Counted from the stretch's first letter, positions 38,863 to 48,822 are shown. The stretch is 64,000 nucleotides of DNA from an uncultured Candidatus Saccharibacteria bacterium (GCA_964558375.1 CAZLCD010000001.1:131406-195405); one strand, 5' to 3'. Notes: generated from the letters alone by a model not told the origin. Translations and numbers: made by a program.

Positions 38863-39633
38863 ATGATTACGATCAAAACTAAGGAGGATATAGCTATACT
38901 TCGTGAAGGGGGTAAGCGCCATGCAGAAATCCTTTTAAAATTAAAAGAGATGGTGAAGCCTGGTGTTTCTGCATCAGAATTAAATGATTATGCTCATAAA
39001 CTTATTTTAAAAAATGGAGATACTCCGGCTTTTCTGAACTATAAACCAAACGGAGCTCGCCGACCTTTTCCTGCTAGCCTTTGTGTCTCTATAAATGACG
39101 AAATAGTTCATGGTATCCCAAACGAGGCTGAAAAGATTTTGAAAGAAGGGGATATAGTGTCTATTGATCTAGGACTTATACATAAAGGTCTTATAACCGA
39201 TGCTGCTATAACCATACCTGTCGGAGTAGTATCTTCAGAACTAACTAAGCTTTTAAATATCACAGAACAAGCTCTCATGGCTGGTATAAAAGCTGCAAAA
39301 GGTGGCAAAAAAACTGGAGATGTAGGAATGGCTATTGAAAGACTTGGTGTATCTGGAGGTTTTGGGATAGTTGAGGAATTGTCTGGACACGGAGTGGGTT
39401 ATAGTGTGCATGAAGATCCGTATGTGCCAAATTATGGCCAAAGTGGAACGGGGATTGTTCTTCGTCCTGGTATGGTTCTTGCTATTGAACCTATTTTTAA
39501 TATTGGATCGAGATATACAATGCTTGATAAAGATGGTTGGACTTACAAGACAAAAGATGGCAAACAAAGCGCGCATTTTGAGCATACTATTTTAATTACC
39601 AAAGGCGATCCAGAGATTTTGACGAGGGTTTAA
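38863..39633 (+). CDS. map: Methionine aminopeptidase type I
   Basis: Pita-bread fold motifs (D-x-G, HGIP, SGHGVG, EPI). Confidence 0.9.
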   Translation: MITIKTKEDIAILREGGKRHAEILLKLKEMVKPGVSASELNDYAHKLILKNGDTPAFLNYKPNGARRPFPASLCVSINDEIVHGIPNEAEKILKEGDIVSIDLGLIHKGLITDAAITIPVGVVSSELTKLLNITEQALMAGIKAAKGGKKTGDVGMAIERLGVSGGFGIVEELSGHGVGYSVHEDPYVPNYGQSGTGIVLRPGMVLAIEPIFNIGSRYTMLDKDGWTYKTKDGKQSAHFEHTILITKGDPEILTRV

Positions 39634-40232
39634 TGTATAATGTCCTCATGACACATCCAAAAAACGAACAGACTTTAATTATCCTAAAACCAGACAGTAT
39701 TCAAAGAAGTTTAATTGGTGAAATAATCTCTAGATATGAGAGGGTAGGCTTGAAACTTATTGCTATGAAAATGATGGTGCCTACCGCTGAACTTATTGAA
39801 AAGCATTATACTTTGGATCCAGAATGGAGAAGAATTACTGGAGAAAAAACTATAAAAGGATATTTGGATAAAGGACTTGTTCCTCCTACGAATAATCCTC
39901 TAGACATCACAAACATTCTCTTGGGTAGACTCGTTACATATATGACTAGTGGACCTATAATCGCCATGGTGTGGGAAGGTGCTCATGCTGTATCTATTGT
40001 CAGAAAGATTACAGGTGGAACAGAACCCCTTACTTCTGATGTCGGAACTATCAGAGGAGACTTTGTTCTAGACTCATATCAGATGACTGATGCAGATGAT
40101 CGTTGTATTAGAAACCTGGTTCATGCTTCAGGCTCTGTAAAAGAAGCAAAAGACGAGATACGGCACTGGTTCTCTAAAGATGAAATTATGCAGTACAAGC
40201 ACATTCAAGAGATTATACTTTATGATAAATAA
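39633..40232 (+). CDS. ndk: Nucleoside diphosphate kinase (long form with insert)
   Basis: TLIILKPDSIQRSLIGEIISRYERVGLKLIAMKM and NLVHASGS active-site His region. Confidence 0.75.
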   Translation: MYNVLMTHPKNEQTLIILKPDSIQRSLIGEIISRYERVGLKLIAMKMMVPTAELIEKHYTLDPEWRRITGEKTIKGYLDKGLVPPTNNPLDITNILLGRLVTYMTSGPIIAMVWEGAHAVSIVRKITGGTEPLTSDVGTIRGDFVLDSYQMTDADDRCIRNLVHASGSVKEAKDEIRHWFSKDEIMQYKHIQEIILYDK

Positions 40233-40522
40233 ATAGACGCTAGTCAAAAATAGTGTCTGAAGTCGTATTTGTATTGTTTTTTAAAAATAGAAGAATATAA
40301 TAATATTAGGTTACTAGAGTATTAACTCTATAACTTTTTGTTCGGGAGATCGAGAAGTTTCGCACTTCGTTATGTTGCACCTTGGTGTTATCATTTAGAT
40401 CACCCACCTAGTATTTTACTAGGCTTAATACTCTTGTAACCTACAAAGGACATCTGATATTCAGGTGTTTTTTGTTGGGCAGAAAAGTTTTTTAAGTATA
40501 TAATGATTAGGAATAACTAAAT

Positions 40523-40879
40523 ATGTATAGACCAAAACTAGCTATCTTCACCTTAATACTACTGGCAATCTTTCTCTATATACACTTAGAGGCTATGGCT
40601 TTTCATTGGTATTTGCGATTCCCGTCTCTCGATCTCATAACTCACTATATGGGTGGGGTAGTGATCGCTCTTTCTACTTTTTATGTATTGAGAAAGACAA
40701 AACACATTGTACTTATATCTATCCTTGGTGGCATCGCCTGGGAAATATTTGAAGTATATTTTGAGATCACTGGTTGGCCAATACATTCTCTAGATTATAA
40801 AATAGACACTTTTATAGATATGATTATGGATACCTTGGGTGCATTGAGTGTCTGGTATTTCCTTAAAATTAAAAAATAA
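40523..40879 (+). CDS. Small 4-TM membrane protein
   Basis: 118 aa, hydrophobic. Confidence 0.35.
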   Translation: MYRPKLAIFTLILLAIFLYIHLEAMAFHWYLRFPSLDLITHYMGGVVIALSTFYVLRKTKHIVLISILGGIAWEIFEVYFEITGWPIHSLDYKIDTFIDMIMDTLGALSVWYFLKIKK

Positions 40880-40880
40880 T

Positions 40881-42251
40881 ATGAGCGCATACGTAACATT
40901 TTATAGTGGTGTAGGAAGTGTAACTGGTGCCAATTTTCTTTTGGAATTGGGATCAAAGAAAATTTTAATTGATTGTGGTTTGATACAGGGTGAGAAGACG
41001 GCACAACTAGAGAATCGTAATGATTTTGAATATGATCCAAAAAGTATCGATATGCTTTTTGTTACTCATGCACATCTTGACCATGTCGGTCGTATAGGCA
41101 AGCTTGTAAAGGATGGTTTTAATGGAGTTATATATTCTACCCCAGAAACCTTGGCTCTAGCTGAACTTATTCTTGAAGATGCTGTAGGACTTCTACAAAA
41201 AGAAGCAATGAATGAAGGTCTGACACCGATATATGAACTTGCCGATATGCAGAAAGCTATCAATCTCTGGAAGACTATCCCATATCATACAGAAACAACT
41301 TTCGATTCTGGAATCGGAGGTGGATTCTCGGTCTATCTGAAGGATGCCGGACATATTCTCGGCTCTTCCATTATTCAATTCACCTTCGAAAATAAAAAAA
41401 TAGTTTTTACTGGAGACTTGGGCAACAGCCCAACACCTCTTTTAAGAGATACAGAATCTATTACTGGTGCAGATTATGTGATCATGGAAAGTGTATACGG
41501 AGATCGCAATCATGAATCAAAAGATCAGAGAAGGAAAAAGCTCGAAGAGATTATAAAAGACACGATCAATAAAAAGGGAACATTGATAATCCCAGCTTTT
41601 TCTCTAGAAAGAACCCAAGTCATTCTTTATGAAATTAATAATCTTGTAGAGTCAAAGGTTATACCTGTAATACCGGTCTATGTAGATTCTCCTTTGGCCA
41701 CAAAAGTTACCGATGTATACAAAAGCAGTACGCATCTTTTTAATGAACGTACACAGGCTGAGATACGGGGCGGGGATGATATCTTTAATTTTCCAAAACT
41801 ATCCTTTACTGTCGATGTAGATTCTTCTCGTGCCATCGATCATGCTTCATCTCCGAAGATAATTGTGGCTGGTTCTGGTATGTCTGTAGGTGGAAGGGTT
41901 CTTCATCATGAAGAGGTCTATCTCTCAGATCCCAAGAATACTATTCTCTTGGTTGGATATCAAACCATCGGTTCGGTCGGTCGTCACTTACTTAACGGAG
42001 AAAAGAGAGTAATAATTCACAAAAATGAAATTAAAGTCGCTGCAAAAATAGAGTCTATACTAGGCTATTCGTCTCACAAAGACTCTGATCGTCTTGTAGA
42101 ATTTGTAGAGACTACTCACAGTACTGTGAAGAAGATTTTTGTGGCGATGGGGGAGCCGAAAGCCTCTCTTTTCCTTGCACAAAAAATCCGAGATAATCTC
42201 GGACTTAATGCTCTGTACCCAGAGAGGCTTGTGAAATACAAGCTCGACTAG
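40881..42251 (+). CDS. MBL-fold beta-CASP family hydrolase (RNA-metabolising nuclease-like)
   Basis: HAHLDHVGR (HxHxDH), beta-CASP region, C-terminal His. Confidence 0.7.
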   Translation: MSAYVTFYSGVGSVTGANFLLELGSKKILIDCGLIQGEKTAQLENRNDFEYDPKSIDMLFVTHAHLDHVGRIGKLVKDGFNGVIYSTPETLALAELILEDAVGLLQKEAMNEGLTPIYELADMQKAINLWKTIPYHTETTFDSGIGGGFSVYLKDAGHILGSSIIQFTFENKKIVFTGDLGNSPTPLLRDTESITGADYVIMESVYGDRNHESKDQRRKKLEEIIKDTINKKGTLIIPAFSLERTQVILYEINNLVESKVIPVIPVYVDSPLATKVTDVYKSSTHLFNERTQAEIRGGDDIFNFPKLSFTVDVDSSRAIDHASSPKIIVAGSGMSVGGRVLHHEEVYLSDPKNTILLVGYQTIGSVGRHLLNGEKRVIIHKNEIKVAAKIESILGYSSHKDSDRLVEFVETTHSTVKKIFVAMGEPKASLFLAQKIRDNLGLNALYPERLVKYKLD

Positions 42252-42263
42252 CTTAGTCTTGGC

Positions 42264-42614
42264 TTAATTTACCTTCTTTACTATTGTTTCAAAAACCTTA
42301 GGGTTTTCGTTTGCAAGGGTAGAAAGGATTTTTCTGTCGATGGCAATGTTAGCCTTCTTTAAGTTTCCAATAAACTTGCTATAAGAATATTTTGCATCGA
42401 TGTTTCTTAGGGCAGCATTGATTCTTACATTCCAAAGTTTTCTGAAATCTCCTTTCTTGTCTCTTCTGTGTGCGAAAGCATATGCTCCAGCATGAGAGAT
42501 GGCTTCGTAAGCTGTACGTTCCTTTGTACTACGATTAAAACGATAGCCTTTTACTTGGCTTAATATATTTCTTCTTGTTTTTAACGCATTTACTGCTTTC
42601 TTTACTCTTGTCAT
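42264..42614 (-). CDS. rplT: 50S ribosomal protein L20
   Basis: Conserved L20. Confidence 0.9.
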   Translation of the reverse strand: MTRVKKAVNALKTRRNILSQVKGYRFNRSTKERTAYEAISHAGAYAFAHRRDKKGDFRKLWNVRINAALRNIDAKYSYSKFIGNLKKANIAIDRKILSTLANENPKVFETIVKKVN

Positions 42615-42639
42615 GGTATTTTGGTTATTACTTTACTTA

Positions 42640-42825
42640 TTATGCATTTATTAAAAATCTACTCTTCTCCTTTGCGGTCATATGAAAAGGCATTGAGCGT
42701 TTCTTGGCTAGCTGTGAACGACGGCTCTCTTTTGAATTGAAATGGTTTTGACCCTTTGAACGAGCAAGAATCTTACCGTTCTTTGTAACTTTAAGTCTTT
42801 TTAAATATGATTTATTTGTTTTCAT
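42640..42825 (-). CDS. rpmI: 50S ribosomal protein L35
   Basis: Conserved L35. Confidence 0.85.
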   Translation of the reverse strand: MKTNKSYLKRLKVTKNGKILARSKGQNHFNSKESRRSQLAKKRSMPFHMTAKEKSRFLINA

Positions 42826-42829
42826 TTTA

Positions 42830-43345
42830 TTATTTTGCTTTTTCTATTATCGCCGTCAACCCCTTCAATCCCTTTACAGGAGGACTTACGACTTTGTATT
42901 CAGTGGTGATCAATCTGAACACTCTCTCCATTCTTTCTTTAAGAAAGTTGATATCCATATACTTTGACCTACCCACTAGATATAGATCAATCTTCACTCG
43001 ATTGCCGTCTTTAAGCCATTCTGAAGCCTTTTTAGCCTTTAATTCGAGATCATGGTCTCCTGTACCCACCTTTATTTGAATATTCTTCAATTCGGAGGTT
43101 TGGGTACGAGATTTTGCTACCTTTTGCTTTTTCTTTTCGTCATATTGAAATTTACCATAATCCATGATTTTTGCAACTGGTGGAGTGGCATTTGGGGATA
43201 TTTCAATAAGATCAAGGCTTCTGGCCTGGGCTTGCTTTATAGCCTCTGCAAGTGTAATAACTCCGAGGTTCTCTCCCTCATCCGTGATGACACGCAATTC
43301 TGGTGCTTTTATGAAGTTATTGATACGTACGCGTAGAGTGCTCAA
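42830..43345 (-). CDS. infC: Translation initiation factor IF-3
   Basis: Conserved IF3 (LIEISPNATPPVAKIMDYGKF); true start may be a non-ATG codon. Confidence 0.85.
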   Translation of the reverse strand: MSTLRVRINNFIKAPELRVITDEGENLGVITLAEAIKQAQARSLDLIEISPNATPPVAKIMDYGKFQYDEKKKQKVAKSRTQTSELKNIQIKVGTGDHDLELKAKKASEWLKDGNRVKIDLYLVGRSKYMDINFLKERMERVFRLITTEYKVVSPPVKGLKGLTAIIEKAK

Positions 43346-43397
43346 AGTCTTTGTTTAGAGGCTATTTATAGCATTGTTTTGGATAAATCGCAAATCT

Positions 43398-44477
43398 TTA
43401 TAGAAAATCTCTAAGTAGCCTAATAAAAAACTCAGCCACCTTTTCGATCCAGTATCTATCTTTCCAACCTTGCCCTGTAATCTCCACGGAACTTTTTAAG
43501 TCATTGTTGAAATGATTTAATAATTCATCAGTAAAGTTTTTGTTACTAGTGACTAGGTTTGCTTCAAAATTGTAGAGCAAACTGATGGTGTCGAGGTTCA
43601 ATGTACCAACACTTGCCCAGTCGTCATCAATCACCATGGTCTTGCTATGCAACATTCGACCTTCATATAGATATATTTTTATTCCAGACTGTAACATCTT
43701 TGCAAAAAAAGATCTGCCACATATGTCCACGATAGGATAGTCGGTTGATTGTGGAATAATGATTTTTATATCTACTCCACGATGTGCTGCTAGTCTCAAA
43801 ACTCGGAGGAGACGTCTGGTCGGAACAAAATATGGTGTAGTGATATAAATATTTTTCTTTGCATTGCGTATAGCCTCAACTACATGATTGTAAAGTCGAC
43901 GATTTCTCGGTAGGGGATTGTTGGTAATGTATTTGAATTCATGATCACTATGTTCTTCCTTTTTAATTCGAGCCAACTTTTTTCTAGAGGCTCTATCCCA
44001 CATTCTTTCAAAAGCGTTTTGCATATCTTTCACTACTGGACCTTTTACGCTAACAAGCGTGTCTCGCCAATTTATCATTTTATCTGAAACACAAATACTT
44101 CCTGTAAAGGCAATCACCCCATCTATAACCAAAGTTCTTCGGTGATTGCGGAAATACCAACTTTTATAATTGTGAATTTCAAAAAAATTAGGAAGAAGGG
44201 TTTTGAAGAAAATTAATTCTATGCCTTTACTCTTTAAATCTTCCACTATCGATGAACCAAAAAAGGTAAAGCTCCCAGCAGCATCCCAGATAAACCTAAC
44301 CTTAACACCTTGTGAAGCTTTTCTGGCACAGACTTCTATAAAACGCTTGCCTATATCGTCGGTTACAAAGATAAACTGCTCAAGATCTATGCTTTTTTCT
44401 GCAGATTCACAAGCTGTAAGCATTGCTTCAAAGCCCTCTTCGTTTTCGGTATATAACTTCCAATAAGTTTCTTTCAT
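43398..44477 (-). CDS. Phospholipase D / cardiolipin synthase-like protein (two HKD-type motifs)
   Basis: HRRTLVIDGVIAFTGSICVSD and HSKTMVIDDDWASVGTLNLD. Confidence 0.75.
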   Translation of the reverse strand: MKETYWKLYTENEEGFEAMLTACESAEKSIDLEQFIFVTDDIGKRFIEVCARKASQGVKVRFIWDAAGSFTFFGSSIVEDLKSKGIELIFFKTLLPNFFEIHNYKSWYFRNHRRTLVIDGVIAFTGSICVSDKMINWRDTLVSVKGPVVKDMQNAFERMWDRASRKKLARIKKEEHSDHEFKYITNNPLPRNRRLYNHVVEAIRNAKKNIYITTPYFVPTRRLLRVLRLAAHRGVDIKIIIPQSTDYPIVDICGRSFFAKMLQSGIKIYLYEGRMLHSKTMVIDDDWASVGTLNLDTISLLYNFEANLVTSNKNFTDELLNHFNNDLKSSVEITGQGWKDRYWIEKVAEFFIRLLRDFL

Positions 44478-44887
44478 TGACTGTAGTATAATACATCTAT
44501 GGAAAATATTACACTTATAATCGCAGCGGCCATTTTCGGATTTTTATTTTTTGGACCTCATACAAAATCTGCAAAACCGAAGGATGATAAAAAAGGCGGA
44601 GGAAAAGATGCAAAGAAATAAATTTAAATTAATTTAAAAAAAAGTTATACACTTTTTATTTTATTTTTTTCACTAATTTTATTTATTTAGTGTTACACTA
44701 TAGTGAGTGGTCGATCAAATACTTTTAATATAAAAAATATTTTCACTCATATGGCAAAAGCAAAAAAGAAAGTTACAAAGAAGTCTTCAAGAAAAGTTTC
44801 AAAGAAGACAAAGAAAAGCAAAAAGAGCACAAAGCGATCAAGATAGTTTTTGCGAAAGTTTTTACAAATAAAATTGTAAACAAAAAG

Positions 44888-44909
44888 CATCTCGAAAGAG
44901 GTGTTTTTT
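44888..44909 (+). terminator. Plus-strand hairpin + T6
   Basis: CATCTCgaaaGAGGTG followed by TTTTTT; downstream of 31-aa Lys-rich micro-ORF (44751-44846). Confidence 0.35.
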
Positions 44910-44926
44910 GATTATAAAAAAGAAAA

Positions 44927-44960
44927 GACCCTCGCGTGAGAAGTCCGTGAGGGCTTTTCA
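44927..44960. terminator. Bidirectional hairpin terminator
   Basis: GACCCTC...GAGGGC stem flanked by A-run upstream and T-run downstream. Confidence 0.45.
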
Positions 44961-44980
44961 TGAGAGGGTCGTAAATACTC

Positions 44981-45394
44981 CTAATCTTGCGTGGGATTTT
45001 GTTGAAGTTCAGGTTTGTTTGCAGACTCGAGTTTTCTCAGAAACTCGCGAAGGAAACACCTACCTACATTTGTTGCCAGCCACTGTACGGTAGCAGCCAC
45101 AATACGGGTATCCCTTGTGGAAAACTTTCTGTTGTAGCGGTGAAGGCCTTTGGTAAGTGCTAATCGTGATACCTTACCACACTCTTCTGTGCATTCATGC
45201 AAGATCTGATCTAAAGGAACCAGGCCAAAGTTTATTAATGGGTCCCTTACATTTTCTTGGGCCCATAAATGGACCATAATATGTTCAGCATCTTTTCTTC
45301 TATTTTTTTCTTTAATTTCCTTAAGACGATGTAATGCATTTGGCATAGTCACCCCTTCAGGAGACTCCGACTTTTTACCTGTTTTTCTTTTCAT
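44981..45394 (-). CDS. Hypothetical protein immediately downstream of tmRNA 3' end
   Basis: 137 aa; composition (R/H/E/L-rich, somewhat higher GC) differs from neighbours. Confidence 0.4.
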   Translation of the reverse strand: MKRKTGKKSESPEGVTMPNALHRLKEIKEKNRRKDAEHIMVHLWAQENVRDPLINFGLVPLDQILHECTEECGKVSRLALTKGLHRYNRKFSTRDTRIVAATVQWLATNVGRCFLREFLRKLESANKPELQQNPTQD

Positions 45395-45489
45395 AATTTC
45401 CGTATTTGTTTTTGTTGTGTCTGGTATTGCCCAGCGTTGTTCAAGCTGCGGGTAGCATATGATTTAACTTGGCTACTGTCAAATTTTGT

Positions 45490-45906
45490 GGAGATGGGCG
45501 GAATCGAACCGCCGTGCAAATGAAGTTTCATAATACTTCTACATTGTATAGATTACTTTAGCGAGACAAGCCTTGCGACCTATCTCTTTTAACTTATACA
45601 CTTTAAAATAAACAAAATATATATAAGCGATTCCCCAAGTTTCAAACTAGAGACAGGGAAGAGTCAGTAGTTCTATGTCTAATTTATATCACCCCAACAT
45701 TGAACTAGACAAAATCAATGTGGAATGTCGCTTAAGCCGTAGCTAGAGCGAAAGTGAAATCTCGTGATCCAAAATATGGAGACACAGCAGACTTTACTTT
45801 TGTAAGTGCTGATTCAGCATTTAACATTTTCTATAAGTTTAAAGAGTTTATAGAGCTCTACAATGCATAGTATGAAATACCTCAAATGTCGAGGCCTTTC
45901 ATCCCC
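45490..45906 (-). ncRNA. ssrA: tmRNA (SsrA)
   Basis: 5' GGGGAUGAAAGGCCUCGACAUUUGAGG (tmRNA 5' consensus-like) pairs with 3' tRNA-like end GGCGGUUCGAUUCCGCCCAUCUCCA (T-arm + acceptor); directly downstream of smpB. Confidence 0.75.
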
Positions 45907-45918
45907 ATGTTTAATTTT

Positions 45919-46371
45919 TCAACGATCCTTAAATTCTCTTCGAATATCACGGTTCACATCGCGCTTCTTTATATCTTCACGCTTATCGTACTTTTTCTTA
46001 CCGCGTACCACAGCGATCTGAACCTTGATTTTCGTGCCTTTACTATACACTGAAATAGGAGCTATTGTCAAACCCTTCTTCGCCTCAAGAGAAGCGAGCT
46101 GCTGAACCTCACTCTTTTTTAAAAGAAGCTTACGATTCCTTTTTTGATTGTAATCTTGCGGAGTATTGTTCATCTGGAAAGGGGGGATATCTAGAGCAAT
46201 AATAAAGGCTTCTCCTCCGCGCACGGTCACATGCGCTCCTAGAAGGGAGCCCTGTTTATTACGAAGACTCTTTACTTCGAAACCCAGAAGTTCGATACCT
46301 GCTTCAAAAGACTCGAGTATCTCATAGTCTAGGTTTATCTTTTTATTATAAATAAGGGATTCAGAAGGCAT
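45919..46371 (-). CDS. smpB: SsrA-binding protein SmpB
   Basis: GIELLGFEVKSLR, KRNRKLLL, VRGKKKYDKRE motifs. Confidence 0.9.
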   Translation of the reverse strand: MPSESLIYNKKINLDYEILESFEAGIELLGFEVKSLRNKQGSLLGAHVTVRGGEAFIIALDIPPFQMNNTPQDYNQKRNRKLLLKKSEVQQLASLEAKKGLTIAPISVYSKGTKIKVQIAVVRGKKKYDKREDIKKRDVNRDIRREFKDR

Positions 46372-46460
46372 GAAAATATCATAGCATTCTTTGACTTATT
46401 GTAAAAGAAATGGTAATTTAAAAAATAGCTGTTGTCCAAAACCTCGAACCCATTGAAATT

Positions 46461-46787
46461 ATGAATCAAACACACATGTACATTATTTGTGTAGTGGTTG
46501 TTGTTCTGTTCGTCTGTTACAGACTGTACAGAAAATCAAAAAGAACTTGTCCATCTTGCGGTGGCTGGCTTCTTTACAGACGCAAGCACAATGTAGAAAA
46601 GTTCGGACTAGATGTTAATGGGTATACCATTAGGTGTACAACTGAAGGTACCTGTCACAATCCCCGATGTCTTTTTTACAACATTAGTTTTCCAGAACTT
46701 GGCTCCTACTGCAAATTCATTAGTTATTGTAAGTGGTGGCCACCGTCAAATATATTAAGACACATTCGCTTTCGTAAATTTTTGTAG
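46461..46787 (+). CDS. Membrane-anchored zinc-ribbon-like Cys-rich protein
   Basis: TM then CPSCGG...C..C pairs. Confidence 0.35.
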   Translation: MNQTHMYIICVVVVVLFVCYRLYRKSKRTCPSCGGWLLYRRKHNVEKFGLDVNGYTIRCTTEGTCHNPRCLFYNISFPELGSYCKFISYCKWWPPSNILRHIRFRKFL

Positions 46788-46814
46788 TCGCACACCCTCC
46801 CGCTTCGGCCGGAG

Positions 46815-46846
46815 GGAATTTTTTTATTATTTTTCTTCCATTTATC
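46815..46846 (+). terminator. Rho-independent terminator
   Basis: CCCTCC-GC-TTCG-GC-GGAGGG stem with TTCG tetraloop then T7. Confidence 0.7.
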
Positions 46847-46871
46847 CAAATTTTAAGTATAATCAATATCT

Positions 46872-48782
46872 ATGAAGAAAAAACAAGATTCTGAAGGAAA
46901 AAAGCAAAATAAAAAAGTAAATAAATTTGGTCTACTGAACTCCATCGCTACGGTTTTATTTGTGCTCTTTATTATAACTAGTCTATATTCTGTAGCTGTA
47001 GAGCAACAGGCCAATGTGACAGATATATCATTGTCGGAACTTGTACATGACGTGGGGATGGGTAAGGTGTCGTCTATTGTTGTAAGGGGAGACGATATTG
47101 TTGCTGAGTATGCAGACAAAACTTCAAAGAAAACTAAAAAAGAAACTGACTCTTCTGTCACAGAAACTTTCGCTCGGTACGGACTGACTCCAGAAAAGCT
47201 CAATGCTGTCAAAATAAATGTTGAAGGACCTAGTGGTGCCGGATTTTGGTTCGCGCAGATTTTGCCTTTCTTAGCACCTTTAATTTTCCTTGGTCTTATT
47301 ATCTGGTTTCTATCGAGACAAGTTAAAGGAGCTGGCATGCAAGCTTTTTCTTTCGGTCAAAGCAAGGCTCGTATTACTGCTTCTGACGATAAGAAACAAA
47401 AGGTGACTTTCAAGGATGTGGCTGGAGCAAAAGAAGCCAAGCAAGAACTTTCAGAGATTGTCGACTTCTTAAAGAATCCCAAAAAGTTTCTCGATATCGG
47501 CGCGGTTATTCCAAAAGGGATTTTGCTTATGGGGGCACCAGGAACAGGAAAGACTCTCTTAGCTCGTGCCGTCGCAGGTGAAGCCTCTGTAACTTTCTTT
47601 GCGATTTCTGGTTCAGAATTTGTGGAGATGTTTGTGGGTGTGGGTGCGAGTCGAGTGCGTGATCTTTTTAAAATGGCAAAGCAGGCAGCGCCATCTATTA
47701 TATTCGTAGATGAAATAGACGCAGTAGGAAGGGTTCGTGGTACTGGAGTTGGTGGTGGTAATGATGAGCGCGAGCAGACTCTAAATCAGATTCTTGTAGA
47801 AATGGACGGCTTTGAACCAAACGAAAAGGTGATCGTGATGGCTGCTACAAACAGACCTGATGTTCTTGATCCTGCTTTGCTTCGTCCGGGTCGCTTTGAT
47901 CGTCGTGTGACTATAGATCTTCCAGATCGAGGTGATAGAGAAGAGATTCTAAAAATCCACTCGGCAAAGAAGCCTTTTGCAGAAGATGTAGCTCTTCGTG
48001 TGATAGCTGAGAGAACTCCTGGATTTTCTGGTGCTGATCTTTATTCTCTTATGAATGAAGGAGCTATTCTTGCTGCGCGTGAGAATCGTACAAAGGTATC
48101 CCAATACGACCTCATAAGGGCTATCGAAAAAGTGATGCTTGGTCCTGAAAGAAAAAGTCATTTACTTTCTAAAAAAGAAAAAGAGATCACTGCATATCAT
48201 GAAGCAGGCCATGCTCTTGTTGCGTCTGTCCTACCTTTTGCTGATCCTGTTCACAAAATCTCTATCATTTCTCGTGGTCGTGCAGCTGGTTATACTTTAC
48301 ATTTACCTCTTGAAGATAGAAAAATGCAAAGTAAAAAAGAGTTTCTTGATGATATCTCCGTGTCCCTCGGTGGTTATGTGGTCGAGAAGATGATGTTTGA
48401 CGATGTGACTACTGGTCCTTCAAATGATCTTCAGGTATCTACTGCTCTAGCGCGCGATATGGTTACAAAGTATGGTATGTCAGAAAAGATCGGTGTGCTT
48501 GCTCTAGAAAATTCTGGTGGTCGTGCAATGTTTGGAAAGGGAATAGAGGGTAAAGAATATTCCGAAAAGATCGGTGCAGACATAGACTCTGAAGTAGCAC
48601 GTATTATGGATGAAGCTTATAAAAAAGCTGAGCATATCGTTACCAAACATCGCGTTGCTCTAGACTCCATTGCTAAGAGGCTTATAGAAACTGAAACTAT
48701 AGAGAGAGAAGAATATGAAAGCATCATAATTGCTCATGGTATACAACCAAAGAAGAAGTTGGATATAGAGCATCAGATATGA
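46872..48782 (+). CDS. ftsH: ATP-dependent zinc metalloprotease FtsH
   Basis: AAA Walker [18 protein letters not shown] zinc motif. Confidence 0.95.
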   Translation: MKKKQDSEGKKQNKKVNKFGLLNSIATVLFVLFIITSLYSVAVEQQANVTDISLSELVHDVGMGKVSSIVVRGDDIVAEYADKTSKKTKKETDSSVTETFARYGLTPEKLNAVKINVEGPSGAGFWFAQILPFLAPLIFLGLIIWFLSRQVKGAGMQAFSFGQSKARITASDDKKQKVTFKDVAGAKEAKQELSEIVDFLKNPKKFLDIGAVIPKGILLMGAPGTGKTLLARAVAGEASVTFFAISGSEFVEMFVGVGASRVRDLFKMAKQAAPSIIFVDEIDAVGRVRGTGVGGGNDEREQTLNQILVEMDGFEPNEKVIVMAATNRPDVLDPALLRPGRFDRRVTIDLPDRGDREEILKIHSAKKPFAEDVALRVIAERTPGFSGADLYSLMNEGAILAARENRTKVSQYDLIRAIEKVMLGPERKSHLLSKKEKEITAYHEAGHALVASVLPFADPVHKISIISRGRAAGYTLHLPLEDRKMQSKKEFLDDISVSLGGYVVEKMMFDDVTTGPSNDLQVSTALARDMVTKYGMSEKIGVLALENSGGRAMFGKGIEGKEYSEKIGADIDSEVARIMDEAYKKAEHIVTKHRVALDSIAKRLIETETIEREEYESIIIAHGIQPKKKLDIEHQI

Positions 48783-48822
48783 TATAAATTATCATGTATG
48801 CAATTAAACAATGCATACAAAT

